From the sequence record MH791414.1: a stretch of DNA of 64,000 bases. One strand, written 5' to 3'. A program made the translations under genes and the position numbers. The notes under the pieces are model-generated. The model was not told where the DNA came from and searched no databases. It saw only the letters and a program-made list of their open reading frames with translations. Shown here one piece after another: positions 1-8,540 of this stretch (its first letter is position 1; every line of letters begins with the position of its first letter).

Positions 1-52
1 AGATATGTTCATAATCTGATAGAATTTTACCTTCTTGTTCCTTCATTTTACC

Positions 53-403
53 TCACTTTAAAAAACCATAACGTTTCAGGATCTCTACTGACTTTTCGTC
101 ATCGAGAGAAACGGAGTTATATCGATTATTTATATTCAACTCTTTGTACATAGTATAATTGATTTCCGGAGGAACATGGATATAGTTTGTCAAAAAGAAT
201 GCTGGTTCGTAATCGGCTTCGTAGCAGATGTAAGATTGGTTTTCAATAAATTTCAGATCGACCAACTTATATGATCCGCAAATATCACCATTGATACTTT
301 TTGTACTTACCCAAAACATTCGAGCCGAGCAGTATGGTTTTTCTTTTAGGCGGTCTTTTGCGACCTCTACCAGTTCTGGCCTGTGTTGATGTTCAAAATT
401 CAT
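53..403 (-). CDS. hypothetical protein (116 aa)
   Basis: ORF with GAGG SD upstream, in a co-oriented gene run; no recognisable motif. Confidence 0.7.
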   Translation of the reverse strand: MNFEHQHRPELVEVAKDRLKEKPYCSARMFWVSTKSINGDICGSYKLVDLKFIENQSYICYEADYEPAFFLTNYIHVPPEINYTMYKELNINNRYNSVSLDDEKSVEILKRYGFLK

Positions 404-422
404 GTGTGTTCCTCAATAAAGA

Positions 423-439
423 AAGGGGATAGTCTCCCC
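423..439 (-). terminator. short hairpin, possible terminator
   Basis: aggggatagtctcccct inverted repeat between two ORFs. Confidence 0.4.
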
Positions 440-814
440 TTAAATTTTTTCGAGATAATAACTAGAAGTATCTTTTGATTGGTCTTCTACCTTTGTTGCA
501 ATGTAAAACGCCTGACGGCTACCATCTGCAACTATATAATATCGGTATACAATGTATTGATTGTATACATTTTTGGTATAGAAATAATCGTCACCAATGA
601 TATATTCAAAGAATTCCTTTGTTAGATGAGATCCAATTATCACAGGTAGTTCAACATTAAGGTTACCGTTACCGGTCCCGCTGGATACCCTGACACGACA
701 CGAATTTTCTATGGATGGTCTCACGAACCAACTATCTTTATTGAAATCAAATGGGTTTTCTGGTGATATTGGGAAATGTTTAATCGCCCATTCTTTAGCA
801 ATTTCTCTATGCAT
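440..814 (-). CDS. hypothetical protein (124 aa)
   Basis: ORF start overlaps the upstream stop. Confidence 0.7.
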   Translation of the reverse strand: MHREIAKEWAIKHFPISPENPFDFNKDSWFVRPSIENSCRVRVSSGTGNGNLNVELPVIIGSHLTKEFFEYIIGDDYFYTKNVYNQYIVYRYYIVADGSRQAFYIATKVEDQSKDTSSYYLEKI

Positions 815-987
815 TATTCCACCTTGGAGTATACAACAACCCCATCATATTGTTCATATTGACAAACCAAGGATCCGTCTTTGTAGAAAGACATGATGTG
901 ACCATCTGCATCATAAGAAGTTTTGGATTCCACACCATCAGCATAAGCCAGTTCTTCGAATTCTTCTTTAGTGATATCTACCATCAT
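814..987 (-). CDS. small acidic hypothetical protein (start reassigned to MMVDIT)
   Basis: GAGGAT SD before ATG at 987, just after the dexA stop. Confidence 0.65.
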   Translation of the reverse strand: MMVDITKEEFEELAYADGVESKTSYDADGHIMSFYKDGSLVCQYEQYDGVVVYSKVE

Positions 988-991
988 TTTA

Positions 992-1654
992 TCATCCTCT
1001 TTGTGAATTTGGGTCAACATCCGTTGGGATTGGTTCTAACCCATACGAATATCGTTTTGAGTACAGCAACATCATAACATCCCTTGCTGCATCATGCAAT
1101 GAATTATGTTTTGTGAACCCCGGTAAACTACCTACCGGGAGCGGGCAATAAGTCACATCCCGAGATAGGTTAGATTCTATCGCAGTCCTAACTTCACGGA
1201 AATTGTTAAACATCACTGGCATGTTATCAGTTACTTCGTCATCTTTCAAGTGATAAACGCAACTAAACCAACTACGTAGCCAAACGACATCCATTTCACC
1301 ACGAGTCCAGATATGAGATTTCTTAAATTTAACACCGGTATCTAGGAAGAACTGTCTCAACTCTTCGGCGGATTCGTACAAAGACTTATCCTCAGATGAG
1401 GGTTTTAGGAGAAGTTTAGCAGCATCCCCCTGTTTTTTCCACCACGCCAGCGTACTCTGGCTATATGTTCTACCAAGATATTTTTGCGACTTGATGTTAA
1501 ATTTAAACTTTTTACCACATGCAACTAATTCATTAAAATTTGGAGTATTACTTGGATCCATTATAAACGGAATTATAGAAAATTCAACAAGAATCGCATT
1601 TTCAACTGTATTCAATGATTCGAAGTCGATTAGGTAATCTGTTATCGGGTCCAT
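992..1654 (-). CDS. dexA: exonuclease A (DnaQ-like 3'-5' exonuclease)
   Basis: YLIDFESL, HIWTRG and HNSLHDAARD motifs as in T4 DexA. Confidence 0.9.
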   Translation of the reverse strand: MDPITDYLIDFESLNTVENAILVEFSIIPFIMDPSNTPNFNELVACGKKFKFNIKSQKYLGRTYSQSTLAWWKKQGDAAKLLLKPSSEDKSLYESAEELRQFFLDTGVKFKKSHIWTRGEMDVVWLRSWFSCVYHLKDDEVTDNMPVMFNNFREVRTAIESNLSRDVTYCPLPVGSLPGFTKHNSLHDAARDVMMLLYSKRYSYGLEPIPTDVDPNSQRG

Positions 1655-2145
1655 TACGCTGTCCCCGAAGATCCAATCCCAGCATCACCACGAGAAGTAA
1701 CATTTTCAAACTGTTCAACACGATTAAATTTCAGTTGGTTGAATACCGGGATGAACACCATTTGACAGAACCGTTCCCCTGCTGGGATATGAAGAACCTT
1801 ATTGAAACTAATGGGGTCTTGTTCGTTTACGTAATGTTCATTTCGAACCTTAACCATGATTTCACCTTGATAGTTTCCATCAATCAGACCCACGGTGTTA
1901 GCCAACCGAGTATAAAATTTGAAACCAAGACCAGAACGAGGGAGGACCATGGCAGCAATACCAAGACCCGGAACACCAGTATCAAATTGGCTCATATCAA
2001 ATCGCATACCAGTATTGACAACAATTTCTTCACCGGGTTTCAACATAATTGGTTCTGGTGTTCGCAAGTCAATTGCCGCATCACCGTCGCGTTGAAAATC
2101 TGGCATCACATCATATTCGAAACCACTAATAAAATTCATTTGCAT
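1654..2145 (-). CDS. dut: trimeric-type dUTPase
   Basis: AAIDL, PRSGLG, GLIDGNYQGEI, GERFCQ and RGDAGIGSSG motifs; start moved to ATG 2145 behind a GAGG SD. Confidence 0.93.
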   Translation of the reverse strand: MQMNFISGFEYDVMPDFQRDGDAAIDLRTPEPIMLKPGEEIVVNTGMRFDMSQFDTGVPGLGIAAMVLPRSGLGFKFYTRLANTVGLIDGNYQGEIMVKVRNEHYVNEQDPISFNKVLHIPAGERFCQMVFIPVFNQLKFNRVEQFENVTSRGDAGIGSSGTA

Positions 2146-2146
2146 T

Positions 2147-2533
2147 TCATACCTCATTTTTAATTTTATCTGCCAAGAATTTGGCAAGTTCTTTCCTAGC
2201 CTGACCATAAAAGCCTTGATACATATCATCAATTTCGTCATATGCGATATATGGGCAGCTAGTAGAAATACCATCGTTATATGGTACTGGGTACAGATCA
2301 TTTCCAGAAAACAATTCCCATTCTACCCAATATCGTTTAAATACGTCGGATATGTCATCTTCATATCCACGGATATACCTTTCGTCAATACAAAATTTCC
2401 AATCTTGGTTACAAAGACCAATCTCCTGACACCACCATTCTGGAAAAATACCATTGGATACATTTTCCAGAATTTCCGAAACTTTCATCCCATAATCTTT
2501 TTCGTAATCATCTTGTTCATCATACATTCTCAT
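2147..2533 (-). CDS. hypothetical protein, paralog of 2520..2840
   Basis: shares IGLCNQDW, WxxFSGxxxYPV and YGxxRKxLAxFLA with its neighbour. Confidence 0.75.
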   Translation of the reverse strand: MRMYDEQDDYEKDYGMKVSEILENVSNGIFPEWWCQEIGLCNQDWKFCIDERYIRGYEDDISDVFKRYWVEWELFSGNDLYPVPYNDGISTSCPYIAYDEIDDMYQGFYGQARKELAKFLADKIKNEV

Positions 2534-2840
2534 TTTCCTTCAACTTCTTGGCTAGGAATCCGGCTAGACGCTTACGAGATTCGCCATACATACCGGTATA
2601 TTTGCTTCGATTGGAATGATAAGCACCCCTAGCACAACCATCTTCATCATCAACGGGATAATCTTCAAACCCACTAAATTCATCCCATTGATGAAAATAA
2701 AAATAGAAAATTTCTTTTACTTTATGATATTCGATACCACACATGAAATACCAATCTTGGTTACAAAGACCAATATCTTTAGCCCAAACTGATGGGAATT
2801 CCCCTTGGCTTACCATTTCAAGAACTTCATAAACTTTCAT
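2520..2840 (-). CDS. hypothetical protein, paralog of 2147..2533
   Basis: same shared motifs; coupled to the primase stop. Confidence 0.75.
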   Translation of the reverse strand: MKVYEVLEMVSQGEFPSVWAKDIGLCNQDWYFMCGIEYHKVKEIFYFYFHQWDEFSGFEDYPVDDEDGCARGAYHSNRSKYTGMYGESRKRLAGFLAKKLKENENV

Positions 2841-3901
2841 TATTTTAACCTCTTATGTCCATATTTTCGCCATTTACTTAATGCATCAACCGCTCGTATT
2901 CCACTATATGTGTTTTCTCTAATAAATTCCATTATTTCGTCAACGGTTGCACCTTCGTCTTTGATCATATCATTGATATCCTTTGAAGTCCAAGGACAAT
3001 CAATCCATATGACGATTTTTTCGGATGCGTTTATCAGTTTTTCCATTCTCTTTATTGTATCATAAGATCTAGGTTCGTTGTCAAGTACCCATACCCGATT
3101 ATTTTCAAATGGAGAGTCTTCTAATGCCATAGAACCACCCACAATAGCACAAGCGTTTGGGATAAACACACTATCAATAGGACCTTCTAACATATACACG
3201 GTTTTTGATTCGTCAACCCGTTCCATTCCATAAACCTTTGACGCATCATCATCTGCCTTGATGGTCAGATATCGTTGACTTTTTTCAACGTTGGTCAATG
3301 CCCGTCCTTGAATAGAAGAATATGTACCATCTTTATTATAAATAGGTATTACCAACCGATATTCTTTTTTGTCATCGTATTTATAAGTTTCTGGTTTAAT
3401 ATTATTTGCTAACTTCTTCCATTCATCAGTAAAAAAGAAAAGTTTGTGTTTGTCTTTCGGGATCTTGCGACGATTTACCCAACCAATAACCGGGTGTGTT
3501 TCTGGCAGATCTGCAAGACAAATGGAATATGGTATTTCATTTTTCTTAATCTGTTCTTTCTTTACTTCTTTTTTCTTTTCTTGGTAAACAGGTTCCCAAG
3601 AATCCTCTTTGTTTGCATATTTTTCTTTAGCAAACTCTCTATACATTTCCGGTTCGTATTCGTATAGGTAATTTGTCAGTTTCATGTTTCTGCCGCAGTT
3701 ATAGCAGCCAAATCGAACATGACCCTCTGATTCATAAAACCAACCACGAGTTTTGTGATATTGTGTTGCACTATCACCACATATAGGACACCGGAAGTTA
3801 TATTTAACTTCAACACCGCGAGAGTGGTCGGTTGTTAGTTCCATCCTATAAGAGAGCATGGTTGCAAACTGTCTCTCGATTATAATTTGGTTAATCATCA
3901 T
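2840..3901 (-). CDS. 61: DNA primase gp61
   Basis: Zn finger CPICGD...CYNC; TOPRIM EGPIDS and DNEPR motifs. Confidence 0.96.
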   Translation of the reverse strand: MMINQIIIERQFATMLSYRMELTTDHSRGVEVKYNFRCPICGDSATQYHKTRGWFYESEGHVRFGCYNCGRNMKLTNYLYEYEPEMYREFAKEKYANKEDSWEPVYQEKKKEVKKEQIKKNEIPYSICLADLPETHPVIGWVNRRKIPKDKHKLFFFTDEWKKLANNIKPETYKYDDKKEYRLVIPIYNKDGTYSSIQGRALTNVEKSQRYLTIKADDDASKVYGMERVDESKTVYMLEGPIDSVFIPNACAIVGGSMALEDSPFENNRVWVLDNEPRSYDTIKRMEKLINASEKIVIWIDCPWTSKDINDMIKDEGATVDEIMEFIRENTYSGIRAVDALSKWRKYGHKRLK

Positions 3902-3922
3902 GTTGTGTATACCTCTGGAAAG

Positions 3923-3952
3923 ATTATATCACACCTATTTGGAAAAAGTAAA
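3923..3952 (-). promoter_or_regulatory. sigma70-type early promoter for primase
   Basis: TTTACT ... TGATATAAT (extended -10) on the minus strand, overlapping a terminator. Confidence 0.65.
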
Positions 3953-3972
3953 GCCCCTTTCGGGGCTTTTTT
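3949..3972. terminator. intrinsic terminator hairpin
   Basis: aaagcccc-tttc-ggggctttttt. Confidence 0.75.
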
Positions 3973-4420
3973 AAGACTTCAAAGTCTTTTCTATTTTACG
4001 TCTTTTCTTAACACCTAACGAAGCAGGACCTTTATCTACAATATCACCAGACTTGACACCAGAAGCAATATTAGTTGGATCGCCATCTGCATCCCCAGCT
4101 ACCATTGCTTCATATAAAGCCTCTATAGACTGCTCTGGCTGTCCGTAGCGTTCGGTAAGGGCATTGTATCCCGCCTTAGCCGCAAACAGATTAGCGGCTG
4201 TCTGACCACCGTATTTTTGCAATCCCTGTTTTAGTGTCCGGATTGTAGAATGAAAAGATGTATAAGCAGACTTTTCCCTAACTGTATCGGGTCGTTTGAT
4301 GAGGTTACCTTGATCGTCAATTAGCCCCAATTTACAAGCTTCCCAATTCCTGAAGGGTTTTCTTATTAAGTCTATCATACGTGCAGCGTATACCGCATCC
4401 ATAACCCTTTTGATTGACAT
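3971..4420 (-). CDS. 61.1: gp61.1-like protein whose C-terminus resembles the mature capsid N-arm
   Basis: lies between 41 and 61; MVAGD...IASG..SG...KGP tail typical of 61.1; CTAAATA at 4457..4463 upstream. Confidence 0.75.
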   Translation of the reverse strand: MSIKRVMDAVYAARMIDLIRKPFRNWEACKLGLIDDQGNLIKRPDTVREKSAYTSFHSTIRTLKQGLQKYGGQTAANLFAAKAGYNALTERYGQPEQSIEALYEAMVAGDADGDPTNIASGVKSGDIVDKGPASLGVKKRRKIEKTLKS

Positions 4421-4459
4421 ATATTTTTCCTTTTAAAAAGGGGATTACCCCCTATTTAT

Positions 4460-6028
4460 TTAGTCATCCCAAGGTGCAGAATCTTCATCGATCATCCCGG
4501 CGATATCTTCGTTAAAATCGATTTGGACCTTACTTAGATTGCGTTTGAACAGAACCGGTCCCAGTGGTTTGGTATCGATAATGTCGGCGATTTCTGGCTC
4601 TATTTCAACAGCCACCGAAGTCACATCATCACCCTTACGAACAACGATAGAGTCGGCGCTAATATCCGAGCGTTCTTCTAGATCTTTTCTCTCGTAAACA
4701 ACCGTATATGGTGCAGTATCATCAAGATCTGACCAACGCATTTTACCCTTTTCAACCACCATACAGAATTTGTTATGGGTGTTGATATCACCATATCGGG
4801 ACTTCAATTGTTTGAACAATTGCTGACCAAGGGAGATAAGGTCTTCGTCTTCGGAAATCGCCAATACGAAATCGCAACCATGAAGGAGAGCATACGAATC
4901 TGCAATGTCGGCTTTGTCAATTTCAAGACTACCAGATGACCCACGGTTTGTTTGAGCACCGGACCACGCAACGATTTTCTTTTCAATTGCCAAACCACGG
5001 ACTTCCTCGGAAATCGCTTTGATGAAGGAATATGAATTGTCAGAAAACTTCATCCGAGACGAAGCCATGATACCAAGATAGTCTACCATGATAACATCAG
5101 GTTTAAAACCCTTTTTCATCTCCAATTCATCCATCAGGTTTCTGATGTGATTTACGTTGGCTCCCGAAGTAGGAAATTGTTTAACAAACAATTTACCAAG
5201 TTTTTTGCCAAGAACCTTTTTATTAAAACGGTTCATGAACTCGGATTTTTGAACCAGACCACTATCCAGATCATCGAGAGAAATATCCATCAGGTTAGCG
5301 TCAATACGTTTACCTACGGTTTCTTCGCTCATCTCAAACGATACATATAGGACGTTAAGTCCGAGCTGCAAATATTCAGTTGCAAGGTGACACAAACCGA
5401 TAGACTTACCAACACCAGTACCGGCAAGAATAACGTTCAACGTACCCAGTTCGACCCCACCTTTCGTAATCCGGTTTAACATATGATTTAGGAAAGGGAT
5501 CTTGTTTGTTTTCTTATTATAGGACTCCCAGCGATCTTCTGCTTGTGCCATATAATCATGACCAATGTCAAAAGTAAATCCAACTGACAAGGCAGTTTTC
5601 ATAATTTCTGGAATAGCGCCGATATCCTTTATTTTCTTGTCTTGCTCGTCAAGGGGCTTAGAAAAGTTTTCTCTAATTTGAATACATTCGGAAATAGCGA
5701 TATCCATAGCTCTTTCCTGACAGAACTTTTCTGTTTCCTCAACCAACCATTTAGGATCTTCCGGAATTTGTTCAATTCTGGAAATCAATACCTTACTTTG
5801 GTCATATTCTACCTGACTAATATTTTGTTTCTTTTCAATCATTACACCCAGCGCATTAACGGAAGGTGCTTTATTATGCTTTTTTGCATATTCATGGATC
5901 ATCTCGAATGCAATTCGATATGGACCCCTAGCAAAGTATTCAGGTTTCAAAAATGGATATACTTTACCAAAAAATTCGCTGTTATAGACCAGATTATTAA
6001 TAATGATCTGGGACATACTGACACTCAT
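4460..6028 (-). CDS. 41: replicative helicase gp41
   Basis: Walker A AGTGVGKS, VDYLGIM, QTNR and KSRYGD motifs; start at ATG 6028 behind GAGG. Confidence 0.97.
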   Translation of the reverse strand: MSVSMSQIIINNLVYNSEFFGKVYPFLKPEYFARGPYRIAFEMIHEYAKKHNKAPSVNALGVMIEKKQNISQVEYDQSKVLISRIEQIPEDPKWLVEETEKFCQERAMDIAISECIQIRENFSKPLDEQDKKIKDIGAIPEIMKTALSVGFTFDIGHDYMAQAEDRWESYNKKTNKIPFLNHMLNRITKGGVELGTLNVILAGTGVGKSIGLCHLATEYLQLGLNVLYVSFEMSEETVGKRIDANLMDISLDDLDSGLVQKSEFMNRFNKKVLGKKLGKLFVKQFPTSGANVNHIRNLMDELEMKKGFKPDVIMVDYLGIMASSRMKFSDNSYSFIKAISEEVRGLAIEKKIVAWSGAQTNRGSSGSLEIDKADIADSYALLHGCDFVLAISEDEDLISLGQQLFKQLKSRYGDINTHNKFCMVVEKGKMRWSDLDDTAPYTVVYERKDLEERSDISADSIVVRKGDDVTSVAVEIEPEIADIIDTKPLGPVLFKRNLSKVQIDFNEDIAGMIDEDSAPWDD

Positions 6029-6052
6029 AAAAATCCTCTTATCTAACGAAAA

Positions 6053-6088
6053 CACCCACGTTTCAAATTTTGGTTCGGAACGTGGGTG
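6053..6088 (-). terminator. 10-bp stem hairpin in the gp41 leader
   Basis: cacccacgtt...aacgtgggtg, followed by TTTT on the minus strand. Confidence 0.55.
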
Positions 6089-6103
6089 ATACTTACTTAC
6101 ATT

Positions 6104-6622
6104 TTAACGTATTTTTGCAGGAACATGAAGTATACCGGTGTCGTTCAACACAAAAGGCTTGTCGTCCTTGGTCAAGATGTTCATCCAGAACTTCGCTTTA
6201 TACTTTGGAGTTTTCTTAACACGAGTCATACGCCGCGTGATCTGACCGTCTGGCATAGCATAGTGAGACACCATTAACGCCTGTCTTTCACCAACGAAGT
6301 CATAGAAGCTTAGAACCATATGGTTCTCACAGCACAACCACGACTTTCCGTTTTCCATAGTGATTTCCCACACTTCCGGGTTAAACGGCTCGGTAAATTC
6401 AGTGTCTACCATTCTGGTAATCTCTGCATATTCACCGGTTTTGGTTGATGGCAAAAGAACGGTATAACCATAGATAATTTGCATTACCTGATACATTGTC
6501 CAAGTAGTTGGGCGCATATCACCCCACATTTCAGGACAATAGAACGTTACTAGGGTATCTTCTGGAAACCCGTTAATATCATAACAGTCATTACGATCAC
6601 ATTCTCTGGTTACTTCAGTCAT
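6104..6622 (-). CDS. free-standing Hint/intein-like domain protein, catalytically degenerate
   Basis: GFPEDTLV (block A-like), VWEITMENGKSWLCCENHMVL (block B-like), NILTKDDKPFVLNDTGILH (block F/G-like); AAGGA SD before ATG 6622. Confidence 0.65.
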   Translation of the reverse strand: MTEVTRECDRNDCYDINGFPEDTLVTFYCPEMWGDMRPTTWTMYQVMQIIYGYTVLLPSTKTGEYAEITRMVDTEFTEPFNPEVWEITMENGKSWLCCENHMVLSFYDFVGERQALMVSHYAMPDGQITRRMTRVKKTPKYKAKFWMNILTKDDKPFVLNDTGILHVPAKIR

Positions 6623-6623
6623 T

Positions 6624-6908
6624 TTATTTCCTTTTGAAAATATCAAGGAATCGAATATACCAAGGTTTGGCTTCTTCGAAATTAAATTGAGCAATCAAGG
6701 CACGTTGAACATGTGGAAATAGAATTTCCTTCTCTTCCTCATGTGGTGTAGACCAATCAATATGCATTTTACCGTCATGAAATTGGACATCATGGACATA
6801 AGTTAGATAATGATCATCTCCAATACGAATAACCAACTCTTGGGTGACATTGCGCAATGCTTCCTTAATAATGTCTTTGTATTTATTTTCGTTATACTCT
6901 TCTTCCAT
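6624..6908 (-). CDS. 40: head vertex assembly chaperone gp40
   Basis: QELVI...HLTYVH...IDWST...PHV motif; synteny between uvsX and 41; late promoter at 6942..6948. Confidence 0.85.
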   Translation of the reverse strand: MEEEYNENKYKDIIKEALRNVTQELVIRIGDDHYLTYVHDVQFHDGKMHIDWSTPHEEEKEILFPHVQRALIAQFNFEEAKPWYIRFLDIFKRK

Positions 6909-6944
6909 AACACATCTCAGAAGAGGTGGTTTCCCACCTCATAT

Positions 6945-7361
6945 TTAGGGGATGATATTAAATTTAGTTCTATTTGTGTATACAACCGGTGCGACAATCT
7001 CATCAAAGTCGGTTTGGTGCTGAAACCCATCTTGAACTAGAAGATGACTATAACCCCGTCCCCTTAGATCCATTGGGTGTTTCACCACAATAAAACGAGA
7101 CATATTTTGCAATTTCATGGATTTTACACAGTCTTGAATAATTTTATTATCGAATACCTCATTTAATTTTTTAATTTGGTATTTGATCTCATCAAATATT
7201 CGACCTCGGTTAGGTTCCATTATAATTACAGTCTTAAACTCACCAAAATATGCGTCATAAACTGCTTTGGTTGTTGGGTCATCAAAAAATCCAAAATGAG
7301 TTAGATAGTATCCGTAGTCGTCACGAAGGTGTATGAACAGCTGTATTTCTTCTTCAGTCAT
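6945..7361 (-). CDS. hypothetical protein inserted between uvsX and 40
   Basis: ORF of about 138 aa from MTEEEI. Confidence 0.7.
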   Translation of the reverse strand: MTEEEIQLFIHLRDDYGYYLTHFGFFDDPTTKAVYDAYFGEFKTVIIMEPNRGRIFDEIKYQIKKLNEVFDNKIIQDCVKSMKLQNMSRFIVVKHPMDLRGRGYSHLLVQDGFQHQTDFDEIVAPVVYTNRTKFNIIP

Positions 7362-7404
7362 TTTGTGTTCCAATAGGGGGTTCAAGCCCCCCATTTATGG
7401 TTAA

Positions 7405-8514
7405 TTAGCCGAAAAGTTCTTCTACTTCGTCGAATACTTCTTGGGATACCTCAACCGATTTGAGTTTATACAATTCAGTACAAGCACGTTTAAATGGTTC
7501 GTGTGCAAACAGAGGTTTCCAGAACTCAAGAGAATTTGTTTCCACCTCAGTCCATTTCGGTTCATCTTCAGAGATGATACTAAGTTCCCCGGTTTCTTCG
7601 TCCAATAGGTATCTCTGGAAGCGGGCATTTTGTGGTTTATCAACAAACCCAAGGTCCAGCGCCAGTTCCAACATACCAGAGTATGTATTAATACCACCTT
7701 CGAACGTAACTTGCAAGGGGAGCTTCGATTTTTCCTTGATATAACGACTCTTCTCGGCGTTCATGATGAAATTATAACCAAGAAGCTCTTTACCATCTTT
7801 CTCTTGTTGTTTACCAAGAATAATAACGGTATCAGCTGAATACATCGGACCAGTACCACCAGACATAACAGTTTTACTGAACATCTCTTGTGTTTCATAG
7901 GTGTGGTTTACGGCAATACATGGAATATCGAGCACAGTCAGATATGGAGTAACCATACGGAAAAGACTCTTGATCTGTTTTGCTCGGGTCATATCTTGTG
8001 CAGATTTTTCTGATTTTGCATCTTCTAGTTCTTTCTTGGATGCGACGTTACCAATGGAATCAATAAAGATAATTACTTTATCGCCACGATTGATAGCTTC
8101 CAGCTTTTTAACAATGTCGAACTTAAGTTCTTCCACGTCAACAAACGGACAATGGACAACTCGGTTAATATCAACCCCCTGAGAGGTAAAATAGTCCGGG
8201 GTAGAACCAAACTCGTTATCGAAGAACAGACAAACCGCGTCTTTATACTTACGAAGATATGCAGATACCAACACCAAACTGAGATTTGATTTAAAGTGTT
8301 TCGATGGACCAGCAATACAGGTTAAACCGGGTTTTAGACCGCCGTCAAGATAACCAGACAACATCAGGTTAATAATGGGAACCCGAGTTCGAATCACATC
8401 TTTATCATTAAAGAATGTACTCTCTTTTAACATAGAACTCATTTTGTTAGATGAAGTTCCTACAAGACGTTCCAGAAGTGCACCAGTATTAGCAGTTTTT
8501 GCTTTTTTTGCCAT
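7405..8514 (-). CDS. uvsX: RecA-like recombinase UvsX
   Basis: Walker A AGPSKHFKS, DSIGN and SGGTGPMYSAD motifs. Confidence 0.97.
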   Translation of the reverse strand: MAKKAKTANTGALLERLVGTSSNKMSSMLKESTFFNDKDVIRTRVPIINLMLSGYLDGGLKPGLTCIAGPSKHFKSNLSLVLVSAYLRKYKDAVCLFFDNEFGSTPDYFTSQGVDINRVVHCPFVDVEELKFDIVKKLEAINRGDKVIIFIDSIGNVASKKELEDAKSEKSAQDMTRAKQIKSLFRMVTPYLTVLDIPCIAVNHTYETQEMFSKTVMSGGTGPMYSADTVIILGKQQEKDGKELLGYNFIMNAEKSRYIKEKSKLPLQVTFEGGINTYSGMLELALDLGFVDKPQNARFQRYLLDEETGELSIISEDEPKWTEVETNSLEFWKPLFAHEPFKRACTELYKLKSVEVSQEVFDEVEELFG

Positions 8515-8540
8515 TTTATTTTTCCTTTAAGTTATCTTAT

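Noticed and set aside
1654-2301. ORF-track N-terminal extension of dUTPase (similar over-long starts for 41, 43A, nrdD, grcA, nrdH, 34, uvsW)
   Set aside because: Extensions overlap upstream genes; SD-supported downstream ATGs were used instead
4460-6622. Hint ORF as an in-frame intein of gp41 or gp40
   Set aside because: It has its own SD and stop codon, a 75-nt spacer with a hairpin separates it from gp41, and gp41 motifs are uninterrupted
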